Source: Fidelibacterota bacterium
Lineage (GTDB): Bacteria; Fidelibacterota; Marinisomatia; Marinisomatales; TCS55
NCBI GenBank assembly: GCA_046861385.1
Contig: JBHHTW010000004.1
Span: forward strand, 53,756-117,755
Direction of reading: 5' to 3'
Length of the DNA: 64,000 nt
The position numbers and the translations under genes are program-made. The notes under the pieces are model-generated. The model ran no database searches. It worked only from the letters and a program-made list of their open reading frames with translations, and was not told where the DNA came from. The stretch's first letter is position 1. Each line of letters opens with the position of its first letter. This document shows, in pieces, positions 9,189 to 18,761 of this stretch.

Positions 9189-9358
9189 CATTAAGAAATG
9201 AAATACCTTACTGATAATAGAATATCAAGGCATAAAACGTAATGCGTAAGTATTTAATCAAACTCAGAGTGTTTCTACCGTTTTAAATATTTACGAATAC
9301 TGATAATCTTAATATCTGATAAAAAAATATATTAACACCAAACTTAATAGAGGTTCAT

Positions 9359-11704
9359 ATGAGTCAACAAATTGAAAAGGTAGCCATCTTGGGAGCTGGT
9401 GTAATGGGAGCGCAAATTGCCGGTCATCTGGCAAATGCCGGTATCCCTTCCCTCCTATTCGACATCAACCAGGAATTAGCAGAAAATGGAATTGAAACAT
9501 TAACAAAGCTAAAGCCGGCGCCTTTGTTTAAACCAAAGAATATTGCATTAATTACTCCATGTAATTACGATGATCACCTGGAAAAGATTCATGAAGCTGA
9601 TTGGGTATTAGAAGCCGTGGCAGAAAGATTGGATATTAAACATAGTGTCTACGGCAAAATATCTCCTCATTTAAAACCGTCGGCCATCGTTACCTCGAAT
9701 ACATCCGGAATCCCATTATCAGATTTGATTACTGTTTTTTCGGATGATGTTAAATCCCGTTTCATGATTACACATTTTTTTAATCCGCCTCGGTATATGC
9801 ATTTATTGGAATTGGTAAAAAGCGATTTCACATCTGAGGATGTCTACGATTCAATGGCTAAATTTGGTGAAAATATTTTGGGGAAAGGTATCGTCCATGC
9901 AAAAGATACACCCAATTTTATTGGAAACAGAATTGGCGTCTTCAGCATGGGGGTTACCATACACACTGCTATTCAACAGGGCTTAACGGTCGAGGAAGTT
10001 GATAAATTAACCGGAACAATTGTGGGTCGTCCAAAGAGTGCCACCTTCCGAACTGCAGACGTGGTTGGGTTGGATACGATGGCTCATGTCACCCACACGA
10101 CTTATGAAAGCGTTTTAGATGATGAAGAGAGAGAGATTTTTAAAATTCCGGATATTCTCCAACTTCTTGTGGATGAGGGGCGTCTGGGACAAAAAACCAA
10201 GTCCGGATTTTATAAAAAAACCGATAAAGGTATTTTGTCAGTAGACCTAAAAACAGGTGAATACGGACCTCAGAAAAAAGTACGTTTTGACGGATTCCGT
10301 TTAGCCAAAGATCATACGTCTACTGCCGGGAAAATTAAGGCGTTGGCATATAGCGATGATAAGGCGGGTAAATTTTTCTGGGAAACATTGGCCAGGGCGT
10401 TGATTTACAGTGCAAATAGAATTCCAGAAATCAGTGATGATATTATCAATATTGACAACGCAATTAAATGGGGATTTGGGTGGCAATTAGGCCCCTTCGA
10501 AAGTTGGGATGCCATTGGAGTACAAGAGTCTGTGGATAAAATGTTGGCGGAGAAGAGATCTGTTCCTCAGTGGGTATTGGAAATGCTCGCAAGCGGTCGA
10601 ACCAGTTTTTATGAAACGAGCAATGGAGTGAAAACATATTACGATGTGCTGTCCAGTGAGTCAAAACCAGTTTCAACTACTGATAAGGAAATCAATCTTA
10701 ACTTGCAAAAATCCGCGGGAAACCTCGTTAAGAAAAACTGGAGCGCCAGTCTGATTGATTTAGGCGATGGTGTGTTGAATGTTGAATTTCATTCTATCCT
10801 ACAACCGACTCTTAATCCTATTGACGGCTCATTAGGAATGACCATTAACGATGGTTTGGATCTTTTGGAAGCAGGAAAATTCAAAGCAATGGTGATGGGA
10901 CACAATGGTCAGAATTTTTGTGCAGGGGCAAATCTGGCTGGAATTTTGGAAGTATGTGAGGCGAAAGATTGGGATAAATTAGAAAGCGCGGTAAAAGACC
11001 TCCAGGACTTGACGCAACGAATTCGTTTTTCTCAGGCGCCGGTTGTTGCAGCGCCATTTCATTTAACATTAGGTGGCGGTTTTGAATTAATCGGTCCGGC
11101 AGCTCATCGTGTGGCGTCAGCTGAATTGTATGTGGGTTTAGTTGAAGTGGGTGTTGGATTGATTCCGGGAGCAGGTGGAAACCTCCGTCTGATTTTACAC
11201 ATGATGGAAAACAGTGGAAGCGGTCGAATCAATGCCTTCCAAATTGCACAAAAAGCATTTGAAACTATTGGTTTCGCAAAGGTGGCTACCAGCGCTGATG
11301 AAGCGAAATTCATAGGATATTTACTTAAAACGGATACCATTGTTTTGAATAATGATCACCGTATTTGGACGGCAAAACAAAAAGCGCTCGAACTGGCAGA
11401 AGATTATGAACCTCCCCAATTCAGAGATGACCTAAAATTACCAGGTAGCGGCGGTAGAACGGCACTGGCTATGGCGTTGAAAGGATTCAAGGCTCAAGGG
11501 AAAATTTCCAGTCATGATGAAACGATTGCTAAAAAATTAGCCTTTGTGATTACTGGTGGAGATAAAGCAGGATTAACAAAATCAGTAGATGAACAATATA
11601 TGCTGGATATTGAGCGGGAAGCATTCGTCTCCCTTGCTGGGGAATCATTAACACAAGACCGTATTCGATTTATGCTGAAAAGGGGGAAACCACTGCGTAA
11701 TTAA
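9359..11704 (+). CDS. fadN: 3-hydroxyacyl-CoA dehydrogenase / enoyl-CoA hydratase (FadN-type)
   Basis: GAGVMGAQIA, SNTSG, HFFNPPRY, FCAGANL, GLVEVGVGLIPGAGG, C-terminal GKPLRN. Confidence 0.9.
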   Translation: MSQQIEKVAILGAGVMGAQIAGHLANAGIPSLLFDINQELAENGIETLTKLKPAPLFKPKNIALITPCNYDDHLEKIHEADWVLEAVAERLDIKHSVYGKISPHLKPSAIVTSNTSGIPLSDLITVFSDDVKSRFMITHFFNPPRYMHLLELVKSDFTSEDVYDSMAKFGENILGKGIVHAKDTPNFIGNRIGVFSMGVTIHTAIQQGLTVEEVDKLTGTIVGRPKSATFRTADVVGLDTMAHVTHTTYESVLDDEEREIFKIPDILQLLVDEGRLGQKTKSGFYKKTDKGILSVDLKTGEYGPQKKVRFDGFRLAKDHTSTAGKIKALAYSDDKAGKFFWETLARALIYSANRIPEISDDIINIDNAIKWGFGWQLGPFESWDAIGVQESVDKMLAEKRSVPQWVLEMLASGRTSFYETSNGVKTYYDVLSSESKPVSTTDKEINLNLQKSAGNLVKKNWSASLIDLGDGVLNVEFHSILQPTLNPIDGSLGMTINDGLDLLEAGKFKAMVMGHNGQNFCAGANLAGILEVCEAKDWDKLESAVKDLQDLTQRIRFSQAPVVAAPFHLTLGGGFELIGPAAHRVASAELYVGLVEVGVGLIPGAGGNLRLILHMMENSGSGRINAFQIAQKAFETIGFAKVATSADEAKFIGYLLKTDTIVLNNDHRIWTAKQKALELAEDYEPPQFRDDLKLPGSGGRTALAMALKGFKAQGKISSHDETIAKKLAFVITGGDKAGLTKSVDEQYMLDIEREAFVSLAGESLTQDRIRFMLKRGKPLRN

Positions 11705-11820
11705 TAAAATGGATTATACAGGAAAAATATTATCAAAGAATGATAAATAATTTATCAGGCTAATATTTTATTATTCTTAATTTGTTTTCTGATTAGTGAT
11801 GAATTATTAAGTTTTAACCA

Positions 11821-12957
11821 GTGAATACCCAAACGATCTCACGCGGTACTACCATCCTTAAAACGATAGCTATTTTTGCTGTCCTTTACTTATTTCTTAT
11901 TAGTATTGGTATGATTGGTACCGCATTTAAAGGTATGGGAAAAGGGTTCGCAGAAGAATTAATCCAGAGCAATGCCGGACCTATTATTGGTCTATTTATC
12001 GGTATTCTGGCTACCAGTATCATCCAAAGTTCTTCAACAACAACCTCATTAGTCGTAAGTATGGTTGCAGCCGGTGCATTTGGCAATGACCCTCGGATTG
12101 CTGTTGCAGCTGCCGTGCCCTATATTATGGGAGCGAATATCGGAACCAGTATAACCAATACAATAGTATCACTGGGTCATATTGTTAATAAGAATGAGTT
12201 CCGGCGGGCATTTTCTGCTTCCATCGTGCATGATTTTTTTAATATCGTTGCGGTTTTGATTTTATTTCCGTTTGAAAGGGCATTCGGCGTGATCAGCAAT
12301 AGTGCAAATTGGCTGGCTGAATTCTTAGTGGGAGCCGAATCCTTTACTTTTAAAAGTCCCATAAAAATGATCACAAAACCCGTTGTTGCATGGATCAAAG
12401 AATTATTCAAGCAGCAAGATATCATGAATTATAATTGGCTATTGTTGATAGCAGCCCTTCTTTTATTATTCTTTTCGCTTCGATATTTAACAAAATTGAT
12501 TCGCAGTTTGGTCATGGTAAGGTTGGAGGCATTTTTTGATACTCACATTTTTAAGACAGCTATTCGAGCCATGGCTTTTGGAATTTTTATCACCGTATTA
12601 GTACAAAGCAGCTCAATCACAACTTCCCTTGTTGTTCCTCTGGCAGGTGCTGGAATATTGAGACTAGAGCAAATTTTCCCATACACATTGGGAGCTAATA
12701 TTGGAACGACTGTTACGGCACTACTTGCAAGCCTTGTATCGGGTACCATTGCTCCACTGGCTGTCGCTTTTTCCCATCTCATGTTCAATATTTTCGGAAT
12801 ATTGATCATTTGGCCCGTTGAAAAAATTCGAAATATTCCCATTCAATTAGCAAAATGGTTTTCAGAAAAAGCAGTTCAAAACAGAATTTTTCCACTAATA
12901 TATATAATAGTTATGTTTTTTATTATTCCATTAACCCTAATTATTCTTGTGAGGTAA
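11821..12957 (+). CDS. nptA: Na+/phosphate cotransporter (NptA-like)
   Basis: Two QSSS repeats and two GANIGT motifs. Confidence 0.85.
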   Translation: MNTQTISRGTTILKTIAIFAVLYLFLISIGMIGTAFKGMGKGFAEELIQSNAGPIIGLFIGILATSIIQSSSTTTSLVVSMVAAGAFGNDPRIAVAAAVPYIMGANIGTSITNTIVSLGHIVNKNEFRRAFSASIVHDFFNIVAVLILFPFERAFGVISNSANWLAEFLVGAESFTFKSPIKMITKPVVAWIKELFKQQDIMNYNWLLLIAALLLLFFSLRYLTKLIRSLVMVRLEAFFDTHIFKTAIRAMAFGIFITVLVQSSSITTSLVVPLAGAGILRLEQIFPYTLGANIGTTVTALLASLVSGTIAPLAVAFSHLMFNIFGILIIWPVEKIRNIPIQLAKWFSEKAVQNRIFPLIYIIVMFFIIPLTLIILVR

Positions 12958-12960
12958 ACT

Positions 12961-13635
12961 ATGTCACTATTCAAAGATGTCATTAATTTATGGAAAGCAG
13001 ATGACCTGTTATCCCAAGCTTGGGATGATTCCCATAAAATGCTGAATCTTTCCCATGAAATATTCCAGCAAGCGCTAATCTACCTGAAAAAAGGTGAGAA
13101 TATTGAAACACTAAAGGCGTTAAAAAAACGTGATCGGGAAATCAATGAGTTTCAGAGAGATGTTAGGCGAAAGGTGTTGACACACTATGCAGTGAAACAA
13201 GATACAACTGATTTAGCCAATGGACTTGTTCTTATCAACATGGTCGTGGATATTGAGCGCATCGGCGATTATTGTAAAAATATTTTGGACCTGGCCATCA
13301 ATCATGATCAATCTATCAATTCATCTGAAATATCAGAAGATTTAGCCATGATTGAAGGTGAAGTGCAAACCAGATTCGAAAAAACATTACTGACGATTCA
13401 ATCTCAGGATACAGAAGCAGCCAAATCTCTATTTGAAGGATATAAAGAACAGGTCACCGGCAAATCGGACGCTATTGTAAATGGGGTTCTTAGAAACAAG
13501 ATTCATTTCGGCGGAGAATCAAGGACAGCGGCCATCGCCCTATATGCTCGTTATTTAAAACGGATTGGCGCTCACCTGAAAAACATTTCATCAACTCTGG
13601 TGAATCCATTTGATGCTATTGGTTATAAGGAATAA
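12961..13635 (+). CDS. PhoU-domain protein
   Basis: DIERIGDY and YLKRIGAH PhoU-repeat motifs; follows the Na/Pi transporter. Confidence 0.8.
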   Translation: MSLFKDVINLWKADDLLSQAWDDSHKMLNLSHEIFQQALIYLKKGENIETLKALKKRDREINEFQRDVRRKVLTHYAVKQDTTDLANGLVLINMVVDIERIGDYCKNILDLAINHDQSINSSEISEDLAMIEGEVQTRFEKTLLTIQSQDTEAAKSLFEGYKEQVTGKSDAIVNGVLRNKIHFGGESRTAAIALYARYLKRIGAHLKNISSTLVNPFDAIGYKE

Positions 13636-13839
13636 CTGTTCATAATTTGTTCACAGTTTTTATTAATTAATTTCTACTTAATCTCTTTTAATTTCATATA
13701 AATATTCTATTATCAAGAAATATTCGAATGTAAGCATATGGATTACAAACTGTGTGGCTTTTTAATTAGCAGGACTATTTTGATATAAAAGTTAAGGTGA
13801 TACTTTTGGGTAAATTACCGTTGAATGAAATAATGATAA

Positions 13840-13950
13840 ATGACCCCAAAATCAAATACCGAAAAAACAATCTGAGAGATCAGAAGGAAAACTCGCCTGA
13901 AGTATTCAGCAGAAGAGAAAATCAGAATAATTATTATCATTGAAAAATAA
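13840..13950 (+). pseudogene. IS3-family transposase OrfA N-terminal remnant
   Basis: MTPKSNTEKTI*EIRRKTRLKYSAEEKIRII; internal TGA at 13873; truncated after about 36 codons. Confidence 0.7.
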
Positions 13951-14077
13951 CTCACAAAATAAATTCAGCAGACAGCAGTACTTTTGTCCAGCAGGTGAAA
14001 ATGATCACTCAATTGACTCCATTGTCTTTATTTATTAATAGGAGGTACATTCTTCCTAATAATCTGAGAAGAATATC

Positions 14078-15235
14078 ATGACAGAAAAGTATCAAATTGA
14101 AACAAAGCTCATTCATGCAGGTGAGCCTAAAAAAAAGTTTGGCAATGCAGTGAATATGCCGATTTTTCAATCTTCCACCTTTGAATACAGTGGACAAGGC
14201 AATTATGATGAAATAAAATATATTCGCCTTAATAATACACCGAATCATATTGTTCTTCATGAAAAATTAGCAGCTCTGGAGAATGGTGAAGATGCTTTAG
14301 TTACATCCAGCGGTATGGCAGCAATTTCCGCATCGCTGCTGACGTTTTTAAAATCCGGAGATCATTTCCTGGCACATGAAACGTTGTACGGTGGAACCCA
14401 CACATTTATTACAAAAGATCTTCTTGATTTAGGCATTGAGTGTGATTTTATTGATGCTTCTAATCCGAAAGGCTGGAAGGAGAAACTACGACCAGAAACC
14501 AAACTCATTTATGTTGAGTCCATCACCAATCCGCTTTTGGATGTATTGGAGTTAAATGAGGTAATCATTTTTGCTAAAAAACATAATTTATTATCATTGA
14601 TCGATAATACTTTTGCCACACCGATTAATTATCGCCCAATTGAACACGGCTTTGATCTATCAATTCACAGCGCTACTAAATATTTAAATGGTCACACTGA
14701 CATTGTTGCCGGAGCAGTAATTGGCTCTAGTGATTTAGTTTCAAAAGTGAAACATAAATTGAATCACTTAGGCGGCTCATTGGATCCCAATGCATGCTTC
14801 CTGATGCATCGTGGATTGAAAACATTATCTCTTCGGATGGAGAGACAAAATAATAATTCATTAACCATTGCGAATTTTCTTGAAAAGCATGCAAGAATTA
14901 GAAAAGTGAATCATCCGGGATTAGAAAGCAACGCAAGCCATTTTCGGGCAAAGAAATATTTGAACGGATTTGGAGGAATGGTCAGTTTTGAAATCGATGG
15001 CAATGTTGAAGAAGCAGACAAATTCATATCAAAATTATCATTGTTCATTAATGCTCCCAGCCTGGGTGGAGTGGAATCGTTAATTACTCGACCAGCGCAG
15101 ACATCCCATTCAGGGATGTCCAAAGAGGACAGGGAAGCTTCAGGTATAAATGATGAATTGATTCGCATGTCTATTGGTATTGAAGCTGTTGATGATTTGA
15201 TTACAGCCATTGATAATGCGTTGGGAACAAAATAA
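14078..15235 (+). CDS. Cys/Met metabolism PLP-dependent lyase (cystathionine or methionine gamma-lyase family)
   Basis: SSGMAAI, ESITNP, DNTFATP, HSATKYLNGH, SLGGVESL, RMSIGIE. Confidence 0.9.
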   Translation: MTEKYQIETKLIHAGEPKKKFGNAVNMPIFQSSTFEYSGQGNYDEIKYIRLNNTPNHIVLHEKLAALENGEDALVTSSGMAAISASLLTFLKSGDHFLAHETLYGGTHTFITKDLLDLGIECDFIDASNPKGWKEKLRPETKLIYVESITNPLLDVLELNEVIIFAKKHNLLSLIDNTFATPINYRPIEHGFDLSIHSATKYLNGHTDIVAGAVIGSSDLVSKVKHKLNHLGGSLDPNACFLMHRGLKTLSLRMERQNNNSLTIANFLEKHARIRKVNHPGLESNASHFRAKKYLNGFGGMVSFEIDGNVEEADKFISKLSLFINAPSLGGVESLITRPAQTSHSGMSKEDREASGINDELIRMSIGIEAVDDLITAIDNALGTK

Positions 15236-15389
15236 TAAGTACACCGATCACGGTTATCCAAAGGGAAAACAGGATAATCGAATAGACAAGCAAACACGAC
15301 TATATCCTCAAGTGATCGAACTTAATATATCAAGAATGGATTCAAATTCTTAGTTGAGTAGCTGAATTATATCAAGAGTAAAAATAATT

Positions 15390-15428
15390 AAAACCTTGCG
15401 AAGAGAATATCCCTTCGCAAGGTTTTTT
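15390..15428. terminator. Bidirectional intrinsic terminator
   Basis: AAAACCTTGCGAAG...CTTCGCAAGGTTTTTT between convergent genes. Confidence 0.85.
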
Positions 15429-15439
15429 GGCGTTCGGTC

Positions 15440-15880
15440 TTACAGTGAAGAACTCAGCGCTTGGGTAAGGGCATTGTCAAGGGAATCCTGTACATCCGTT
15501 AGTTCTATTTCCGATTGCTTCTCCTCTTTAAGAGCAGCTTCATCAACTGTGTTAGTTGAATACTGATTCCCGTTCCAAGTGAATGTCTTATCAGGACCGA
15601 GAGCATCCCTGGCGACGGCAAATGCTTTCGAAAAAGAAATCATTCCCGGAGGTTTAGGTACAGCGGCTTCTACTTCAACCGTCTCTATTCTTGAAAAGCC
15701 TGAATCCTCAGGGGATTCTTCATAGGAATCAAATGATTCTTCTTCAATGAAAGAACTCATGACGGTTTTTACCGGTGTAGTGGATGCTTGATGTTGAATG
15801 ATTAGAGCAGTGATGACAACCACTCCGAATAGTATGGAAACAATCCGTGCTCCCATTGAGCTATTATCTTTTTGTTTCAT
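15440..15880 (-). CDS. Hypothetical bitopic membrane protein
   Basis: N-terminal TM helix, acidic linker, SFSKAFAVARDALGPDKTFTWNGNQYST motif; AAGGA Shine-Dalgarno. Confidence 0.75.
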   Translation of the reverse strand: MKQKDNSSMGARIVSILFGVVVITALIIQHQASTTPVKTVMSSFIEEESFDSYEESPEDSGFSRIETVEVEAAVPKPPGMISFSKAFAVARDALGPDKTFTWNGNQYSTNTVDEAALKEEKQSEIELTDVQDSLDNALTQALSSSL

Positions 15881-15960
15881 GGCGTATTCCTTTCTTTGAG
15901 TTTTACGCTTGCGATCTTGGGTTTGTACGATGGGATGAATGATTGAGTTCCACAGCTATG

Positions 15961-16047
15961 AAGCCTTCTTTCAAGAGAGGGATGTAGGAAGGTATATTAA
16001 TTCAATTATGATACATCCCCCTGCACCCCCTTTGATAAGGGGAACTT
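15961..16047. repeat. Inverted pair of C-rich REP-like units
   Basis: + unit ATCCCCCTGCACCCCCTTTGATAAGGGGAACTT (16015-16047); degenerate - unit CCTTCCTACATCCCTCTCTTGAAAGAAGG (15964-15992). Confidence 0.45.
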
Positions 16048-16050
16048 TAC

Positions 16051-16111
16051 AAAATAAAAAGGCGGCTGCGCTCTGATCGCAAGCTCCCAAAGAAAGGGAA
16101 AAGCAGCCGCC
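16051..16111 (-). terminator. Intrinsic terminator with a long, internally structured loop
   Basis: GGCGGCTGC...GCAGCCGCC 9-bp stem followed by TTTTTATTTT on the minus strand, downstream of the 16126 stop. Confidence 0.6.
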
Positions 16112-16125
16112 ATGGGGGATTGAAT

Positions 16126-16758
16126 TTACGAACGATTTACTAAATTGAAGCGGATGGAAACTACATGGATTAAATAATACCAAATGAGTGTGATGAATAG
16201 ATTTGCCAAAACAAAACCCGGCCACTCACCGAACAATCGCTCAAAGTCTAAAGTGGGATAACGAAAATCCAATATATTCTGATCAAAAATATTATTGTAT
16301 ATATAGATGAATCCCGCATAAAACATCATGAATTTTAAAGCGGTAAGAACAGCATTTTTATTTAATAAATGACCTTGTTTGGTCATAAATATTGTTAAAG
16401 CAAGCGGCGCAGTATGTTTCAGATAAAAAGCCGCCCATGAAAGCGGATAAGTGTCAATTGGCGGGCATACCGGGTTGGGCCAAATGACTAATGTCAATAA
16501 ATCACCTGTCCAGGCGAAGTAAAAAAATACTTCAAAGAGCTTTTGATTAAATTTGAAAGATAATATAAAGCCCAAAATAGCTGTAATATTGCAGAGCCAA
16601 AATATCAAATGGATGTTATGCTGAAAATTATATATGGTAGTGAAAAACAATGCATAACTGATGCTAATCTGTATTGGGATAAGAATTCGCTTATAATTCC
16701 GGATGGCTCCAATAAACAAAAATAATGAAATGATAAAAGTTATGAGTGGTATAATCAG
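16126..16758 (-). CDS. Integral membrane protein (YwaF-like)
   Basis: Multi-pass; FWLCNI...FYLKH...NILDFR motifs. Frame stays open upstream of the track start (16719) to a CTG at 16758. Confidence 0.65.
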   Translation of the reverse strand: MIIPLITFIISLFLFIGAIRNYKRILIPIQISISYALFFTTIYNFQHNIHLIFWLCNITAILGFILSFKFNQKLFEVFFYFAWTGDLLTLVIWPNPVCPPIDTYPLSWAAFYLKHTAPLALTIFMTKQGHLLNKNAVLTALKFMMFYAGFIYIYNNIFDQNILDFRYPTLDFERLFGEWPGFVLANLFITLIWYYLIHVVSIRFNLVNRS

Positions 16759-18692
16759 ATGAGGTCCTTAAAACAGTCTAATGCTTCGGGGTTGGCAAGA
16801 GCATCTTTATTGATCACCGGTTCACCGTGGAGTATTTTTTTCACTGCCAATTCAACTTTTTTTCCACTGAGAGTATAGGGTATATCTTCGACCATTTTAA
16901 TAATAGCCGGGACGTGACGCGGTGAGCAATTTATTCTTATATTAGTTTTAATTTGATCAACCAATTTTTCATCCAATTCTACTTGACCATTCATTTTGAG
17001 AAAAAGAGCCACCTGTTCATCTCCGTCCGTTTGAACGCCAATAACCAGACTGTCGGAAATTTCACGCATTTGTTCTACAACACGATATATTTCAGCGGTA
17101 CCGATACGAACGCCGCCAGGATTCAGTGTTGCATCGCTTCTACCGTAGATTATAATTCCGCCGTGATCATTGATTTCGATGTAATCACCATGATACCAAA
17201 TTGACTCAAATTGATTGAAATATGCCTGATGATATTTTTCTCCATTTTCGTCGTTCCAAAAATAAATGGGCATGGAAGGAAAGGCTTTTTTACAAACCAG
17301 TTCACCTTTTTCACATCGAATGGAATGTCCACGAAAATCAAACGCATCCACATCCATGGCCAGACCGCTGCATTGCAGCTCACCCCGATAAACAGGCAGT
17401 ATAGGATTACCTAAAGCGAAACAGGAAATAATATCTGTCCCACCGGAAATAGAAGCCAGTTGAACATCATTTTTAACATCCTGATAAATATAGTCGAAAT
17501 TTTCTTCCATTAAGGGTGATCCCGTTGAGAGTATAAGACGGACGGTTGAGAGGTTGTGGGATGAAATCGGTTTATTTCCGGCACCTTCACTGGCTGAAAT
17601 GAATTTTGCGCTGGTGCCAAAAACTGTTATATTAAAATTTTCTGCCAAATCCCACATAGCATTACTATCCGGGAAAAAGGGAGAACCATCATATAAAACC
17701 AATGTGGCTCCAATGGCCAAATTACTAACAAGCCAATTCCACATCATCCAACCGCAGGTAGTGAAATAAAAAACTCGATCTTCTTCGGTAATGTCACAAT
17801 GGAGGCGTAATTCTTTTAAATGCTGAAGTAATGTACCCCCAGCGCCGTGGACGATGGACTTTGGCAGCCCGGTGGTTCCGGATGAATACATGATGTAAAG
17901 TGGATGATCAAATGGCAGCTGTTCAAACGCAATTTCTTGAGCGGTGTTATCCATAAAATCTGAAAACAGAATGCTGTTTTGAATGGATTTAATATTTGGA
18001 TCCTTTTCAGTATAGGGGATAATAACCACCCTTTTCACGCTGGGAAGTTCACGTAATATATTTTTTAATTTATCCGTCGTATCGTGCTTTTTTCCATTAT
18101 AATAATAACCATTGGCTGCGACGAGGATTTTAGGTTTAATCTGGCTAAATCGATCCAACACGCCTTTAATACCAAAATCCGGGGAGGAAGAAGACCAAAT
18201 GGCGCCGATCGATGCCGTCGCCAGCATCATAATGATGCTTTCCGGCATATTGGGAATAAAACCAGCAACACGATCGCCGGTTTGAACGCCGGCCGCTTTT
18301 AAAGCAAAGGCTGTTTTTGCCACTGATCGATATAAATCACTATAAGAAAGTTTCCGGGCAGGCTGACCTTCACCTTTAAAAATGATGGCTATTTTGCTGT
18401 CCCTCCTCCTTAAGAGATTTTCAGCGAAATTTAATCGTGCTCCCATAAACCATTTTGCCCCTGGCATTTTGGATTCATCATCTACAACCTGAGAGAATGG
18501 TATTGAATGTGAAATATTTAAGTATGTCCATAGTTCTTCCCAAAACGCTGGAATATTTTCTACAGACCAATCGTGCAAATCAGAGTAATTTTGCAGATTT
18601 AGCCCATGATTTGTGTTGATGGTTTTTTTAAATTCGTTCATCTGCGAGTGCTGGATTTGCGTCGCAGACGGTTTCCACATGATTTTTTCCAT
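16755..18692 (-). CDS. Acetoacetate--CoA ligase
   Basis: Likely start 18692 (MEKIMWKPS); YSSGTTGLPKSIVHGAGG, FTTCGWMMWNWL, SISGGTDIISCF, GRSDATLNPGGVRIGTAEIY. Confidence 0.92.
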   Translation of the reverse strand: MEKIMWKPSATQIQHSQMNEFKKTINTNHGLNLQNYSDLHDWSVENIPAFWEELWTYLNISHSIPFSQVVDDESKMPGAKWFMGARLNFAENLLRRRDSKIAIIFKGEGQPARKLSYSDLYRSVAKTAFALKAAGVQTGDRVAGFIPNMPESIIMMLATASIGAIWSSSSPDFGIKGVLDRFSQIKPKILVAANGYYYNGKKHDTTDKLKNILRELPSVKRVVIIPYTEKDPNIKSIQNSILFSDFMDNTAQEIAFEQLPFDHPLYIMYSSGTTGLPKSIVHGAGGTLLQHLKELRLHCDITEEDRVFYFTTCGWMMWNWLVSNLAIGATLVLYDGSPFFPDSNAMWDLAENFNITVFGTSAKFISASEGAGNKPISSHNLSTVRLILSTGSPLMEENFDYIYQDVKNDVQLASISGGTDIISCFALGNPILPVYRGELQCSGLAMDVDAFDFRGHSIRCEKGELVCKKAFPSMPIYFWNDENGEKYHQAYFNQFESIWYHGDYIEINDHGGIIIYGRSDATLNPGGVRIGTAEIYRVVEQMREISDSLVIGVQTDGDEQVALFLKMNGQVELDEKLVDQIKTNIRINCSPRHVPAIIKMVEDIPYTLSGKKVELAVKKILHGEPVINKDALANPEALDCFKDLI

Positions 18693-18761
18693 TAGAAATC
18701 TATTAAATTGATAACCAAAAATAAGGGTCTTTGAGGACATTATCACCAACCGATTTATTAT

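Noticed and set aside
13637-13654. Pho-box-like 11-bp-period repeat TGTTCAT/TGTTCAC
   Set aside because: Lies just after the phoU stop inside an AACTGT/ACAGTT terminator-like hairpin, not upstream of a phosphate gene.
13873-13875. In-frame TGA as selenocysteine or recoding
   Set aside because: Falls in a truncated IS3 fragment; TGA is used as a normal stop elsewhere in the window.
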